From Octopus vulgaris (Eukaryota), in contig OX597824.1 of assembly GCA_951406725.2 (NCBI GenBank), forward strand, positions 1,364,001 through 1,428,000: DNA of 64,000 nucleotides, written 5' to 3'. Below are positions 42,019 to 55,680 of this stretch, one piece after another. Both the position numbers and the translations under genes were made by a program. The notes beneath the pieces were generated by a model, which saw only the letters and a list, made by a program, of their open reading frames with translations, did not search any database and had not been told where the DNA came from. How positions within the stretch are numbered: position 1 is the first letter of the stretch; each line of letters opens with the position of its first letter.

Positions 42019-42490
42019 ATACGGTATCAAAAAGTTCCCGGACTACTTTTGTAGCGCGCCAACAGAGGGCAACACACGGTTGAGTGCGCAAAGAGAGCTA
42101 GCAGCAACCTTCATAGGGGCAGTGTGCCGAGTCACGTTGCTGTGTTTACTTCGCTAGTTGTAAAATTTGTGTTTATGTGAGCACCTGTATGCTGCAGTCT
42201 GCAATTTTTGTCATGGATAGGAAGTTGGAACAAAGCCAACGTAAAACTTTGCGTTAAACTTGGGAAGTCTGCTACAGAGGCATTCAGAATGGTTCGGCAA
42301 GCTAACGGCGACGAGGTAGAGGCTCGTGTGCAACGCTTCAAGAGGCACGACAGAGTCACAGCTCAATCAAGAACATGCTCATCCATTTTTTTCGACATCC
42401 GCGTTATAGTGCATCGAGTATTCGACCCCAGGATCGAATCGAGAGTTCTACAGCGATGATTTGAAGCGTTTCAGTGAGAACATTCGGCGA
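42019..42490 (+). mobile_element. Deleted mariner transposon
   Basis: TIR-like atcaaaaagttcccggact and N-terminal transposase words ANVKLCVKLGKSATEAFRMVRQANGDE. Confidence 0.8.
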
Positions 42491-42545
42491 AATTCCATAA
42501 GTTTTCAAAGGCTCATAAGCATCGACAGCTAGCAAACCATGCTAC

Positions 42546-42586
42546 TCCAAACTGATGAAGAGCAATGACTGAAACTAGTCTCTGGA
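42546..42586 (+). ncRNA. Minimal type I hammerhead motif
   Basis: TCCAAA-CTGATGA-AG agcaatga CT-GAAA-CTAG-TC-TCTGGA: intact core, palindromic CTAG, GUC site, one stem I mismatch. Confidence 0.7.
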
Positions 42587-42759
42587 TGCTGTCTTTGCTG
42601 GGTGGAGGTGCTTATCTACCCTGCTTGAAAACTTAAGGACACAGAACGCTTGTGTCACATAACCAACTGGAAACGGTGTTTCCAAGGGCTAAATAGCAGT
42701 AGCATTCTTCCCTTTCCTGGGACTGCCATGTTAAGTTGGCAACAAACCATCACTATATG

Positions 42760-42810
<51 letters not shown>

Positions 42811-42819
<9 letters not shown>

Positions 42820-43256
42820 TAGATAAATGGTACAACAAGGCACCAATATTTACTGGAAAATAGCAATCGTAATAAATACGACGCTATTGTATAGCTTCAC
42901 AAGCAAAGACGGTGTGTGCAACAAACATGAAACAAATTTGTCTTACCTCCAGGAAGAACATTCGATAAATGGACAACCTAGAATCGGATAATGCAGGACC
43001 GGTTTCTGAGTCTTCAAATACGTTTGACAACGTAAATTTGATTAGTCTTCATCAGCTGCATTTACCTAGACAAAATTCCAAATGTTGCCACATCAATGCC
43101 AGTACACTCGTCTGAACGCGAAAGCGTTAACAGAACGAGAACAGTGAAGAAGTTTCAAATAAAATAATAATGCAATACAAATGTATTACCTTCCAGTAAA
43201 AGATAGCCCCATAAGGGTAAAACTATACATATAAAAGTAGATAAATGGTACAACAA
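42811..43256 (-). mobile_element. Hammerhead-bearing unit with 28 bp terminal direct repeat (418 bp period), pLTR/retrozyme-like
   Basis: atataaaagtagataaatggtacaacaa at 42811-42838 and 43229-43256; abuts (TA)n; contains the HHR at 42990-43062. Confidence 0.65.
42990..43062 (-). ncRNA. Type I hammerhead motif
   Basis: Minus strand AATGCAG-CTGATGA-[hairpin tcaaat..acgtt gtca aacgt atttga]-GAAA-CCGG-TC-CTGCATT: 7 bp stem I, palindromic CCGG. The base of stem II pairs poorly. Confidence 0.72.
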
Positions 43257-44312
43257 TTGTAAGTTTGCTCACGTGTTTAACTGTTCGGCAAAAGAGACCT
43301 ACAGAATAAGTACCAGACTACAAGATAAAAGTTCTATCAACAAATACGAAAAATAAAATCAAGAATCATTTGATATACTCGAACAAGTTATGAATGTGAT
43401 GGGCCGATTCGCAAATAATGCCTGGATGACAGGTATATGGAGTTAACCGGCAGAAAATTTGTGGATGCTCCATGAACCAATACGAAAATGGAAGAATTGT
43501 CTTCGGTGACCCTGTATTAGATATCTAAGAGAAATGTGGTTCGATCTTTTATAGAACAGAGGAACATTTCAATCTCATGAGTCACTTGGGTTGTCGATTA
43601 TTGCAACCCGTAGCCTCCTGGATGATTAGAAAATTAAGACACTCCGCGCGATATTTAGCAAAACGTTAAGAACTTTCATTAAGATCAGGAAACGGTAATA
43701 TTTTGTGTTAATTGTGAATACAAAGTGAATATGTTAGAGATTCTTTGGCTCCTCTCAGCGTTACCAGAGGTCGGAAAACGATTTGATCTCCCGTCCAATT
43801 CCCTTGTGAATGTCGTAGAAAATATCTAGCTTCAAAGCATCAACTTTGTAAGAAGAATCAATAGTATTTTGTGTGGAGTGTGAATTGCAATGTGTTAGTT
43901 GCTTGTTATGGAATTGTGTTCGCCATGAACTGTCAGTATTCCTTTAGGGATCGCTTCATTCTGAAAAACGTTCACCTAATAACACAAATATTGATGCAGT
44001 ATGCGCGTCGCTAATAATATGGAATGAGAAAAAAAAGTTTTATCGAAGATAAATACGTGTAAAAAGCACACACATACACACACATGCATTCATACATATA
44101 TAAATATATATATACACACACATATATATACACACCCACACATACACACAGATATACATAAATAAATGTATATACATATGTATGAGTGTATATATATATA
44201 AGAGCACCTACCTACCTACCTACCTACCCACCTACCTACCTACATACATACATACATACATACATACATACGTACATACATGTATATAGGTTTACTTGTA
44301 TGTATAACACAC

Positions 44313-45095
44313 ACGAAGAGCATTCCAGATGTTTTGAGACTTTTTTCAGGAGAAACAGCTCTAATTGCTTCAGGTCGTTTTACTTTCAATATATCATTAC
44401 AGTGTGTTTGGTAAGTTGACCTACCAACTGTTGCCTGGCAGATTGAACGAGGCTGCCGTATCAGCGCTTTTAACACATCCTACGAAAGAAAGCTTGTCAC
44501 AAGTAGCTACCTTTTAGAGAGCTGTCGCGGTGTTTTGGGGTTGGCTATGGATGAAGGTTTTGTGCTAAAACCCGGCAAAATCACTGATGAAGCGTACGAG
44601 TTGCTCCAGCGTGTTAATGAATTAACACTCCCGCTGTTACAAGAGGTTCGAGGAAGGTAGAGAGGAGTGAGAGAACTGGCAGGGAGGGTGAGGTCAGAAC
44701 TTCGGATCTGGTTGAGGAAATGCGTTATTTCCTGGCTGAAGACAGTCACGTGTCTATAAAGACAATATTTAAACAATTTGGAATTGGAGGATCAGGTGTC
44801 CACTTACCAGAATGTTCTATGACGAACATCTTGGTAACTAGTTACATGACAGAGGTGGGCATCAAATGTATTCCTCGCTCTCCACACAGCCCAGACCTTG
44901 AACCCTGTGACTTTTGGGTATTTCTCAAGCTGAAGGAAAACCTCAGGTGCCGTCATTTTGAAGATGAAGGCGACTGTGACAAGGGTCCTGGACATCTTCC
45001 GCTTGGAGGACTTTCATGGGGTCTTCACGAAGGGGTTTTAGAGCTACAAGTGCATTGGAATGTGAAGATACTTTTATAAGGAGATTAGGGTGTTT
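44313..45095 (+). mobile_element. Decayed mariner transposon
   Basis: PHSPDLEPCDFWVFLKLKENLRCRHF matches the mariner YSPDLAPxD motif. Confidence 0.85.
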
Positions 45096-45192
45096 TCATA
45101 CATACATACATACATGCAATACATACATACATACATACATACATACATACATACATACATACATACATACATACATACATACATACATACAT

Positions 45193-45782
45193 AGATGAGA
45201 AATGACGTTGTAGTTAGGACATTCTATAATGAAATCCGTCGGATGGATAACCTCGAGGCCAAAGAAATAACAACCCACAATATGGTAGAAGCTATAGCCA
45301 CTCATAATAAAAAGGAGTACTGGTGGAATGTCCCATGAAGACCTCAGTAAAATGTAAGCAAAACAGACCTGATACAATGATTTGGGACAGAGAAGAGAAT
45401 CTCAGTACAGTTGTGGATATTAGCTGCCAAGCGGATGTTAACATAAAACTGAAGATCAGTGAAAAAGAGAACACCTATGTTGAACTATTGAGAAATCTGC
45501 AGTTACTCTATCCAGATTACAAGTTCAGGTTTATATCTGTAATTATTGGGGCTTTGGATTATGTAACACACTGCCTAAATGCCAATCTTGAGAAATTAGA
45601 CTTCTCAAAACCAGAAACGAGAATGCTGATTCGAAGACTACAGATCCAATCCATCACTGGAACTGTAGAAATCTGTAAAACCTTCCAGAAATTTATCATT
45701 TAAATATATATGATTATGTATACATTTGCAATTATATGCATGAGAATACATGCATAAAACATACAAATCTGCACATAAATAC

Positions 45783-45813
<31 letters not shown>

Positions 45814-45950
45814 CATGCATAGATACATATATACAAACAAAAATACCCTGTTGTTAATGTTGAAATTCCAATGAAGCTGTCTTGGATCTCAGTTAGAAAC
45901 TGGTTCTTCATCTCTTGGCAAGAAATTTGGAAATAAAACTGAACAATAAC
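45193..45950 (+). mobile_element. 5'-truncated R4/Dong-like non-LTR retrotransposon (REL endonuclease ORF end 45323-45703 plus 3' UTR)
   Basis: RPDTMIWD...VVDISC.AD.NI..K..EKENTY...IIGAL is a PD-(D/E)xK REL pattern; flanked by (ACAT)n arrays. Confidence 0.8.
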
Positions 45951-45999
45951 ATACATACATACATAATACATACATACATACGTATATACACCCTTTATG

Positions 46000-46410
46000 T
46001 AATGTTGAAATTGCAATGAAGGAGACTTGGATCCCGGTTAGAAACCGGCTCTTTCTCTATTGGCAAGAATTCTTGAAATAAAACTGTACAATTGCATACA
46101 TACAACCTCTATGTCTAGATTATAAATCTCCATTTGTACCAATAACAATCGGTGCACTTGTTTTTGTGAATGAACGCCTAATTGTGAAACTGGATAAGCT
46201 AGGCTTTTCAGAAAAAGAAAGCAGTCAGCTAATTCACACATTACAGATACAATCTGTAAGCAGAACAGTAAAAATATGCAAGACGTTTCTCGATTTTAAA
46301 ATGTGACATTGTTTTTGTTATCTACATCTCAATGATTGTATCTTCGTTAGAAACCAGCTCTTTCCTCAGAGGAAGAGTTCAAATAATTAAAAACAACAGA
46401 ACATACGTAA
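46000..46410 (+). mobile_element. Two further truncated R4/Dong-like 3' ends
   Basis: 46000-46100 repeats the 3' UTR at 45856-45950. 46135-46410 encodes VPITIGAL...LQIQSV..TVKICKTFLDF and has the same gttagaaacc.gctctttc tail. Confidence 0.7.
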
Positions 46411-46819
46411 ATATATTTCTAGTTATCATCCAAACTATCTATCTATACACGTGCTGTATTTATATATGATCATTGAGTTGTCGCGAACGATTAAGAGAGG
46501 GTTACTCAATACATATTGTGCAATATATGATGCTTTATCAATACTTATATCGCGATTCGAATTTCAGGGGAGTATTTTGACAGCATGGTTTACGTGGAAT
46601 ATTTATACTTTTTGGTGTGGCTGGAATCTGATGCTTCTACTTCTTCAGTGGTTTGCGTTTCGCGTTTGCTGATCAGTTGCTAATTCTGCGCCTCATGGTT
46701 CGTTATCTTTGGTAGCACGGTTTAACTCACTTTCTTTGTGGACGAGCTGGGGCGTGTTTATAACTGGTTTGTTCGTCCAAGTTCAGTATTCGGGGACACC
46801 CCGCCCCACACACTGCATA

Positions 46820-47010
46820 TGTGTGCGTGTGTATGTATATAAATATCTGTGTGTATGTGTGTATGTATATAAATATCTGTGTGTGTGTGTGTATGTGTGT
46901 ATGTATGTATATAAATATCTGTGTGTGTGTGTATGTGTGTATGTTTGTATATAAATATCTGTGTGTATGTGTATGTGTGTATGTATGTATATAAATATCT
47001 GTGTGTGTGT
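46820..47010. repeat. Minisatellite with unit ~gtatgtatataaatatct(gt)n, 5 copies
   Basis: tataaatatctgtgtg recurs 5 times. Confidence 0.85.
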
Positions 47011-47120
47011 AGTAATGAAATAAAGTTGAAAAGACTCATTAGATTTTTTTATTCTGCGTTTTGCATAAACGATCATCAAGCAGTCGCGAGAATAGAGAAC
47101 AACACATTGTTTTAAATACA

Positions 47121-47169
47121 CACGATTGTCTGATGATCATTTCTGTGAAACTCTGAGTTGCAGTTTGTG
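47121..47169 (+). ncRNA. Hammerhead-like motif, weak stem II
   Basis: GATTGT-CTGATGA-tcatttctgt-GAA-ACTC t GAGT-T-GCAGTT; stem I relies on G-U pairs. Confidence 0.45.
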
Positions 47170-47849
47170 AACTCTTCTGCTTCAGTAAAATATTTTACTC
47201 GACTTTTGGTATTCGAGGGTTATTTTCTTCATCTTGAATTGCAACTAAGCTTTTGTATGTTCACATGTATTTACATCCGTATATACACATTTGTGTGTGC
47301 GCGCGCGCACGTATATATATATATATATATATATATATGTGCAAATATGTGAGCATATTTATGAGCGACAAACTGAAGCAAATTATGAAAAAGTATAAAA
47401 TCCGATTATAGACGCGTGTGCATAATGTGATAATAGTACATCACACACGCGTGCACACATAGACACATGTATACACACGTGAAGGTACTGTGATACGCGC
47501 GCTTCTCTACCAGGAGCTGATCTTGTGTCAGATTAAGACAATTGAAGAGGGAGTTAAATTCACTTATTTAGATGGCAATTATTAAAAGGAAAACTTAGTG
47601 TGACATTGCCATTGTTTTCTGAATATTATCATACACAAATTGGAAATGCTGTGCGTATATTTATGAAGTTGCAAGCACGTTAGTTTGCATATATGATGAT
47701 AGAATCGCACGCGTACGCATGGACACACATTCGAACGTAACAGTGCGTTAGTGTGACGGAAAATGCGTTACAGTACATTTACATATGCACTAATATATAT
47801 CACTGTACGTGTGTATATGTATATGCCTGTGTGTGCGTGCATACACACA

Positions 47850-47910
<61 letters not shown>

Positions 47911-48009
47911 CTTTACACACAAGCACACACACACACGCACGAACGCACATACACACGAATGCACACACATATATACACAAAAGTAAATATATGTATATAT
48001 CCTTGCGTT

Positions 48010-48074
<65 letters not shown>

Positions 48075-49498
48075 TGATGTGCCTGCATTTGTGTGTATAC
48101 ATATATGTGTGTATTTTTGAATGCATCTTTTCTATCTCACTTTCTCTCTCTCCCTCCCTCTCTCAGTATACAAATATACATACACACATAACATACTCAC
48201 ACACGCATACATATATGAATATATGTATGTAAAACACATATACATGTGTGTGTGTGTGTTTGTTTATCAGTATGTGCGTGGGTGGGTGTGCTTGCGTCAA
48301 ACGGACAATAAGACAATGAGACAATGAGGAAAATGAGAAGGAAGTCGTTATAAATGGTGATAGAAACTGCAAAAAAGTCAAAACCAAAAGTATAAAAGAA
48401 TTGCTCTCAGATAATAGAATGCCTTAATATCTGGGAGAGCGATCTCAGAGATAGGAGAAAGATATAAGCGATAACAATGCCATGATATGTTGCTAAACAA
48501 TGCTATTTTTTTGTTATAGAAGCGTGTACGAAAGTGAATCTCTCTAAATGCGCAACGATTCAATTGTTAAACATTAACGATTCTCTTTGGATGAAAAAAG
48601 AAAAGAGAAAGAAGGCAAAATCGAAGGAACAATATGAAGGCTGTTGTTTAGTTGGATAGAGTAAGCATCACATATACAAAGACACGTTCTCACAAATATT
48701 TTGAACATTTTTTTCGTTTCGATTGATTACTTTATGGCTCTGATTTCTACGCCATTAAAAACATTTAATTTTCATTACGTAGATTCCACGTTTTATTTGA
48801 AATAAATACCATTTAACCCAAGAAACTAAGAAAAAAACTCCACTTGTTATATATCTTTAATTTATAAGATTATCGTAAATGTATGCAGTTTAAATGTTGC
48901 AGATCAGAATACAACTATTAAAATTCCACAACGAAGTATATAAATAGTGCATAGATGGTTGTACAATTAATAAATATATTGTAACTTGTTTCCGGCTCAA
49001 AGTATTTTTCATCAGATTGTCCTAAACATCCACACTTGGTTGCAGATTTTTAGATAACCCTTGCATCTTACGTTCCGGAAAGATTTTTTGTAAGACCCAA
49101 AAGATTCGAAGTATGTAACATATAGGATGTGTAGACACCAGAAAAATATGTCCTGTGCATTACACTTGATATACATAACAGGCAAAAGTTTAAAGCTTGT
49201 ATGTAGTTTAATGTACCAGTTATATACTATCGACTCAATTATCTATTCTATTTGCAAACAACACAAACATATGAGTTCAAAACTTGGAAGAAATCTATAT
49301 TTGAGGGCACAGCGATTATTCAATCATTAACTGAGTTGTAGAGATGACGTTTCATCAAGCAGATAATTATTTATGAGTTTTAGAAACACTCATGAATGTT
49401 TAATTATTTCTCAGATTTACATTTTAGAAAAGAAAAATGTTTTGTCTTCAGGAAGATAACATCTGTACACAGAGATTTAATTTTTGCTTCTTTCTCAG

Positions 49499-49574
49499 AA
49501 GAGCGAACGTCTCAGAGATCGGAAAAGAGATAGACGAAATCTGGATGCTGCAGAGAGGTAAACGGGAAGTGTGA
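49499..49574 (+). CDS. Candidate exon, (S)RANVSEIGKEIDEIWMLQRGKREV*
   Basis: Strong acceptor tttttgcttctttctcag; donors gtaaac at 49558 or gtaagc at 49595; phase compatible with the exon at 19758-19830. Confidence 0.5.
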
Positions 49575-50725
49575 GCGTTTCCTGCAAACACAGGGTAAGC
49601 ACCAAATGATACAAAGCTATATTTTACCCCCATCACACAAACACTTGTATAAATATATACGTATGTATGTATGTATATAATGGAGAAAGCAGCTTATTAA
49701 TTAGTTATGTAACGGTTATTAAAAGAAAGCAATTATTAAAAGCTTGACCGTCTGGAAATTTTTTTATAAATTCATGTTCAAAGAAATTTTCTGTAATTTC
49801 GATTTCTTAAGTTTATTGAATATTTGAACTAAAAGTTTTTCACAAATTCAAATATTCGTTGCATTCACTACGGAGTAGATTTTAATGTTTATTCCCAGAC
49901 ACAGCAAATTATTTTCTTTGCCTCTCTCTCTCTCGCCTCTATTTTCCTTAATAATTTCCTTAATAATTTCAATGGTTTCATTTCAAGTTTTAATTCGCTA
50001 TTTGAAAAACCCACAGTTTATTCTATATACGTAATGTGAAAAAAATATATTTATTGACAGAATGTTATTAGACAAGATAGCTGTATAACTTTGCGAAGCA
50101 TAATTTCTAGAATAATATGTTTCCGGAATTTGTTAAATGACTGAAATGTTTTTAATATACAGGTATAATGTAAAAAGTAAATAAGGATTTTGTTGGTATG
50201 GTTGTTTAGAACGCTGTAAGCTTTGCAATAATAACTATGTGATGGCTGTTATTTCTAGCACACTAAACGTTGTTCCGTTACCTTGATGTTTGTATAAATT
50301 ACAGATATATTACAACTACGATAAATTACTGAAAGAAATATTTACTAAGCAAGTGAGCTCTGTTATGCAAAGAAATAATTAGACGTAAACTATTGGGAAT
50401 CAAACGTGAAAATATTATCAAGAGACTAACAGAAAACCACCCGGAGGGCAATCTTTCTGCTTGTATATACTATATATCTTTCATTGTAATTGCGGGCCAT
50501 ACTGGGGCACCGCCTTCAAGGGTTTACTGGAACAAATCGTCAGCAATATTCAGTTTTAAAACCTGCGGTGTATGTTAAATATCTCATGAGATAATCAATA
50601 ATACTTTCAAATAAGGCTGGTGGAAGGCTTTAAATGTTGCCGGGGATGATTTAGGCGAACATTCTGGAATTGGAAACTCTAAGATTGTAATACAATCGTA
50701 TGCTTTGGTTTAAAACACACCCCGG

Positions 50726-50779
<54 letters not shown>

Positions 50780-50782
<3 letters not shown>

Positions 50783-51163
50783 TATGTGGTAAGTAGCTTG
50801 CTTACCGACCACATGGTTCCGGGTTTAGTCCCACTGCGTGGCACCTGGGGCAAGTGTCTTTTACTATAGCCTCGGGCTGACCAAAGCCTTGTGAGTGGAT
50901 TTGGTAGACGGAAACTGAAAGAAGCCCGTCGTAATATGTATATGTATGTGTGTGTGTGTGTGTGTGTGTTTGTCGCCCCAGCATCGCTTGACAACCGATG
51001 CTGGTGTGTTTACATCCCCGTAACATTGCGGTTCGGCAAAAGAGACTGATAAAATAAATACTAAGCTTACAAAGAATAAGTCCTGGGGTCGATTTGTATC
51101 ACTAAAGGCGGTGCTATAGCATGGCCATAGTGAAATGACTGAAACATGTAAAAGAAATAAAGA
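50780..51163 (+). mobile_element. SINE family A, near full-length reference copy
   Basis: tRNA-like head ggctatgtggtaagtagcttgc...gggtttagtccca, body gggcaagtgtctt, internal (TG)n, tail ggcggtgct..agcatggcc...gactgaaac. Confidence 0.9.
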
Positions 51164-51212
51164 TTATCTATCTATCTATCTGTATATATATATATATATA
51201 TATATGTGTGTT

Positions 51213-51245
<33 letters not shown>

Positions 51246-51793
51246 TTCTATGTACATACGCATGCTCGCGAGCATGTATTTGCGCGTCATAGGTCTGTTA
51301 CGATCATGATGTGGAAAGTGATACCCCCCCCCCCCAAAAAAAAAAAGAAGAAAAGTTCACTAATCTGAATGTTTGAAATTTTATTAATAAATATGGATTT
51401 ATTTGAATGTCTAATTTCTAGATCACGATGATATATTGCTCCAGACTGAGCAGCCCGCATGCACAGACTTTTTATGAGATTGTATTTTTTCTAGTTCTCG
51501 TCTTCAAGGACCTTTTCCATACTATAGTATTTCTTGGATACAAATCCTACACAAGCATTCAAAAGGTTCAAATTTATTTGTTCAGTAGAAACACTGCTCT
51601 ACGTCTGTCTTTCTTTCTACTTCTGTCTGTCTGTTAGTCTACGTGTCTCTGTACGTCTTTTAGCATTTAATAGCTTCAGTCATTGAACTGCTAAATTAAG
51701 GGGAACTAAGGAAACCACACCGGTTATCAAGCAGTGGCAATGGACAAACAAACTCACAAAGACACATACATACATATGTGTGTGTGTGTAGGC

Positions 51794-52100
<307 letters not shown>

Positions 52101-52129
52101 TACACACAGACACACACACACACACACAC

Positions 52130-52202
<73 letters not shown>

Positions 52203-52849
52203 TGGAGAGAGAGAAAGAGAGGGGACACAGAGTAAGAGAGGGAGAGAGATTCAGACCAAGAAGGAGGGTGTAAATAAGCAGAGTAAATTAACGTGTTCAA
52301 ATTATGAACGTGGCAATGAGGTTATCATCATGTGTTACCTATAAACTCGAACGACAGGCAACATCAAAGGGAACCTCTAAGAAACTTACAATATTAATTG
52401 ATATTTATTTATTTAAGCCGAAGTCACTGAAGATGTTAATACGGTCACCACTGATTCTGTCTTTTGAGTGTCCACTGATTTGCGCAGTTATAGGATTTTT
52501 TTCGATATAAAACCCAATGCATTAAAGCAGTTCTAACGACTAATTCGAATGGAAATCGCCTGGGTGAATGCATCAAGACTTTTTCAGTAAATCTTGTTAA
52601 ATCCATCTCCGCAATTCTAATTTCATAACGAACCACCCGTGATAAAACTATGAAGTGCAGCTGCCTACATTCCAGTTGACTGGAGTCAGTATTCATATAA
52701 ACACTACTTTATCTGAGCCTCTTTCAATTCTGATAGACTTAATGATAGCATTCAGAAATGCATTACTCTTTCACATCTCTGATGATAAGTTAGAATTTTT
52801 ATTTTTTACCAGCAACAATATTCTCTCACTCTCTCCCCACCTCTCTGTC

Positions 52850-52904
<55 letters not shown>

Positions 52905-53649
52905 CACACACACACTTCGCTTGTGCATGTATATATGAACATAAGCGGCGAGTTTGCAGAATCGTTAGCAAAACGGGAAAAACGTTTCGCAGCATTTCGC
53001 CTGTCTTTATGTTTCGGAGTTCAAATGCTGTCGAGTTCGATCTTGTCTATAACTCTTTCGTATCACTCGGATCGATTAAAACAACTTGACCTCTTCCCAC
53101 ATATTTCAAACCTTGTGCATATAGTAGAAAAGGTATATATTTATGGACGCACACATAAATACATGTATGTATATATATCGTTGGCGATTTTTTTATCCAT
53201 CTTCCTTTTCTATTGGGCTTTCCTCTGTTTCAGAAGAAGAGCTTTACTCGAAATGTTAAACAATCTTTCAGTCTTTCTCTTAGCGTCTGCTAATTCTTTA
53301 CATGTTTCACGTCCTTGTGTTGTTGTTTTTTGTGTTCTTTGTTTTTTGGGGTGTGTGTGTATGTGGGGGAGTTATGTATATATATATATATATAGTTCAA
53401 ACTGACAGAAAACAAAAGACGAACACATAAACAGGTAAATTTAATCAACATATCTATATGGATGTCCAATGGTGCTACTAGTTTGACCCGGCGCACATCT
53501 TCCTCCAGCTGCTTATAGGTGCACCCTGCACACTGTACATATATATTAAACTTTTTTAAATATATAGTAAACGTTACTTGTTAGCATAGTTATTGCTTTC
53601 ATCATTTACTGAAATTTTACAACTATATATATATATATATATCCTGTAC

Positions 53650-53934
53650 CTACACCTTAGCACCATCATGGCGTCTGATGATGTGGCTTTTCAACCCAGA
53701 CAATGTTCTGAAAAGACACTAACATAGATTGCACCTCTGATTTGGACCACCAAGACCTGCAGATAAGTTCTGATCTTTGTGTATCTTAAAATGTCTTTTG
53801 AGGCCTCCGTTGGATTTGCAAACCCCCTGGCATACATTGCATTCAAAGGTGTGAACAGACATATAGGCAAAATAGTTGGTGGAGGTTCGATTTCCATGGG
53901 TTCGGGTTCGCAAATACTTTTTGGGTTGTGTATT

Positions 53935-53935
<1 letters not shown>
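53650..53935 (-). mobile_element. Fragment with two C2H2 fingers, probably the 3' end of an RTE-type LINE
   Basis: FECNVCQGVCKSNGGLKRHFKIH then RCNLC*CLFRTLSGLKSHIIRRH; in-frame stop; (TA)n on both sides. Confidence 0.6.
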
Positions 53936-53984
<49 letters not shown>

Positions 53985-54788
53985 GATGGATGTATGTATA
54001 AGTTAGTACGTTTCTACTAAGGCGGTAAGATGGAGGGTCTGTGCATGAGCTTGTAAATATATTTACATTTTACTTTGATAACTGAACGAAGAGACAGGAA
54101 AGTAATTCTGAACCGTTGTCTCACTGAACTTAATACTTGCTAATCCCCATATGTCTGAGTTAGTTTGGTTTATGTTAAACGGCAATTAGTCAAGTTATCG
54201 TGTGTGTATGGTGAAAACCCTCAGCTCACAAACGACCGAGATTAATGCGCGTTCCATTGCGCTACGATTCAAAACGGAAGACAGCAATATCATTTTATTA
54301 TTTGCACAATCTTAACAGCAATCACAGTGTATCTTCCGATTGACATGTAACACATCCCCATTATTAACGTCTGACAACCTGCTTCTGTATCCTCCTCATC
54401 ATTTGCACTTTGACCTCTCATAGAAAAACATTAGCTTTATCTTTTATTAAACAGAATATGAAAACGGTAGAGCAAGTGAAAGACATACGTCAACTTTCTC
54501 AAGAAAAAAGTAAATGGCAGCGGAAAATTCACTGTAAATAGCGAGCGAAATATGTTTACGGCAAACAGAAAGCAGCCGTTCGCTTTGGCAAATTAATAAG
54601 TGTGTTCTATGAATTTCCAGGCTGACTTTCACTGAATAAACAGCTGCACCACCACGACGCAATGAACTGCAGTTCTATAACACCTCGCCGAGGTTGTTTG
54701 CTCTAGAAATAAACATTGAAGTATATATAAACCATAAAGGTGTTGAGAGAGAAGTCGCATATATTACACACACACACACACACGCACG

Positions 54789-54846
<58 letters not shown>

Positions 54847-55049
54847 TATATGCGCTCTGATAAACATCTGTCTACAATGGTACACAAGTTTTCGGAATAG
54901 AAACTAATTAGCGCCTCATCTCACAGTTACTCGGGGAATCGAGTAATCTTTCCAATTATCTGGGATTCATTTCCATTCTTTAAGCAGTGCCAATGAGAAG
55001 CGGTTATGGAAATAGTAACTTAACACATTTCAGTTCTAAATTATTTACT

Positions 55050-55641
55050 GTTACTGTCATCATCATCATCATCACCATCATCATCGACAGTAGCATCAGC
55101 ACCTTCAGGAATCCACATCACCACAAGGTAGCAGTGAAACCACCCGTGCCACTACCGCCTAAATCACCACTGCCACCATTCCGACCACCGCAATCATCTT
55201 ATTTTTATGAATATCATCCCACCACTATGACTACGTCCTCAACCACAATCACTACGCAACCACTACCACTATCATCATCACCATTATCATTATCGTCCTC
55301 ATTACTGCAACCACTACTAACCACCACTGCCGCCACCACCACCACCACCACCACCACCTCCATGGCCACCACAATCAACATCGTTACCGACCTTCATCAT
55401 CAACACGACCAATTTTACCATCACCATCTCCTAAACCACCACCACCACCACCTCTACTATCATCGTCATCATCACCACTAGTCCTAGTAACGACTATCCA
55501 CTGGTACCAACACCATCGCTTCATCGCCACCATCCGCATCATCATTCTCATTTACACAATCAGTAATGCTGCGACGGTACGGGCTCCAGCAGCACCACCG
55601 CCGCCGCTGCCGCCGACGCAGCCTCAGCTACCACCACCACC

Positions 55642-55675
<34 letters not shown>

Positions 55676-55680
55676 TCTTC
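55050..55680. repeat. Compound trinucleotide low-complexity tract (ATC/ACC/ACT/GCC)
   Basis: Direct reading. Confidence 0.9.

Noticed and set aside
46820-47010. Regularly spaced repeats resembling a CRISPR array
   Set aside because: The spacers are (GT)n microsatellite, the context is eukaryotic, and there are no cas genes.
48978-49020. Minus-strand CTGATGA...GAAACAAGTT hammerhead-like words
   Set aside because: The stem I and stem II arms are not complementary.
50780-50850. tRNA-like sequence
   Set aside because: It is a SINE head continuing into the SINE body, not a complete cloverleaf tRNA.
54987-55481. 164 aa Pro/Thr/His-rich ORF
   Set aside because: It lies in a trinucleotide low-complexity tract with no domain or splice support.
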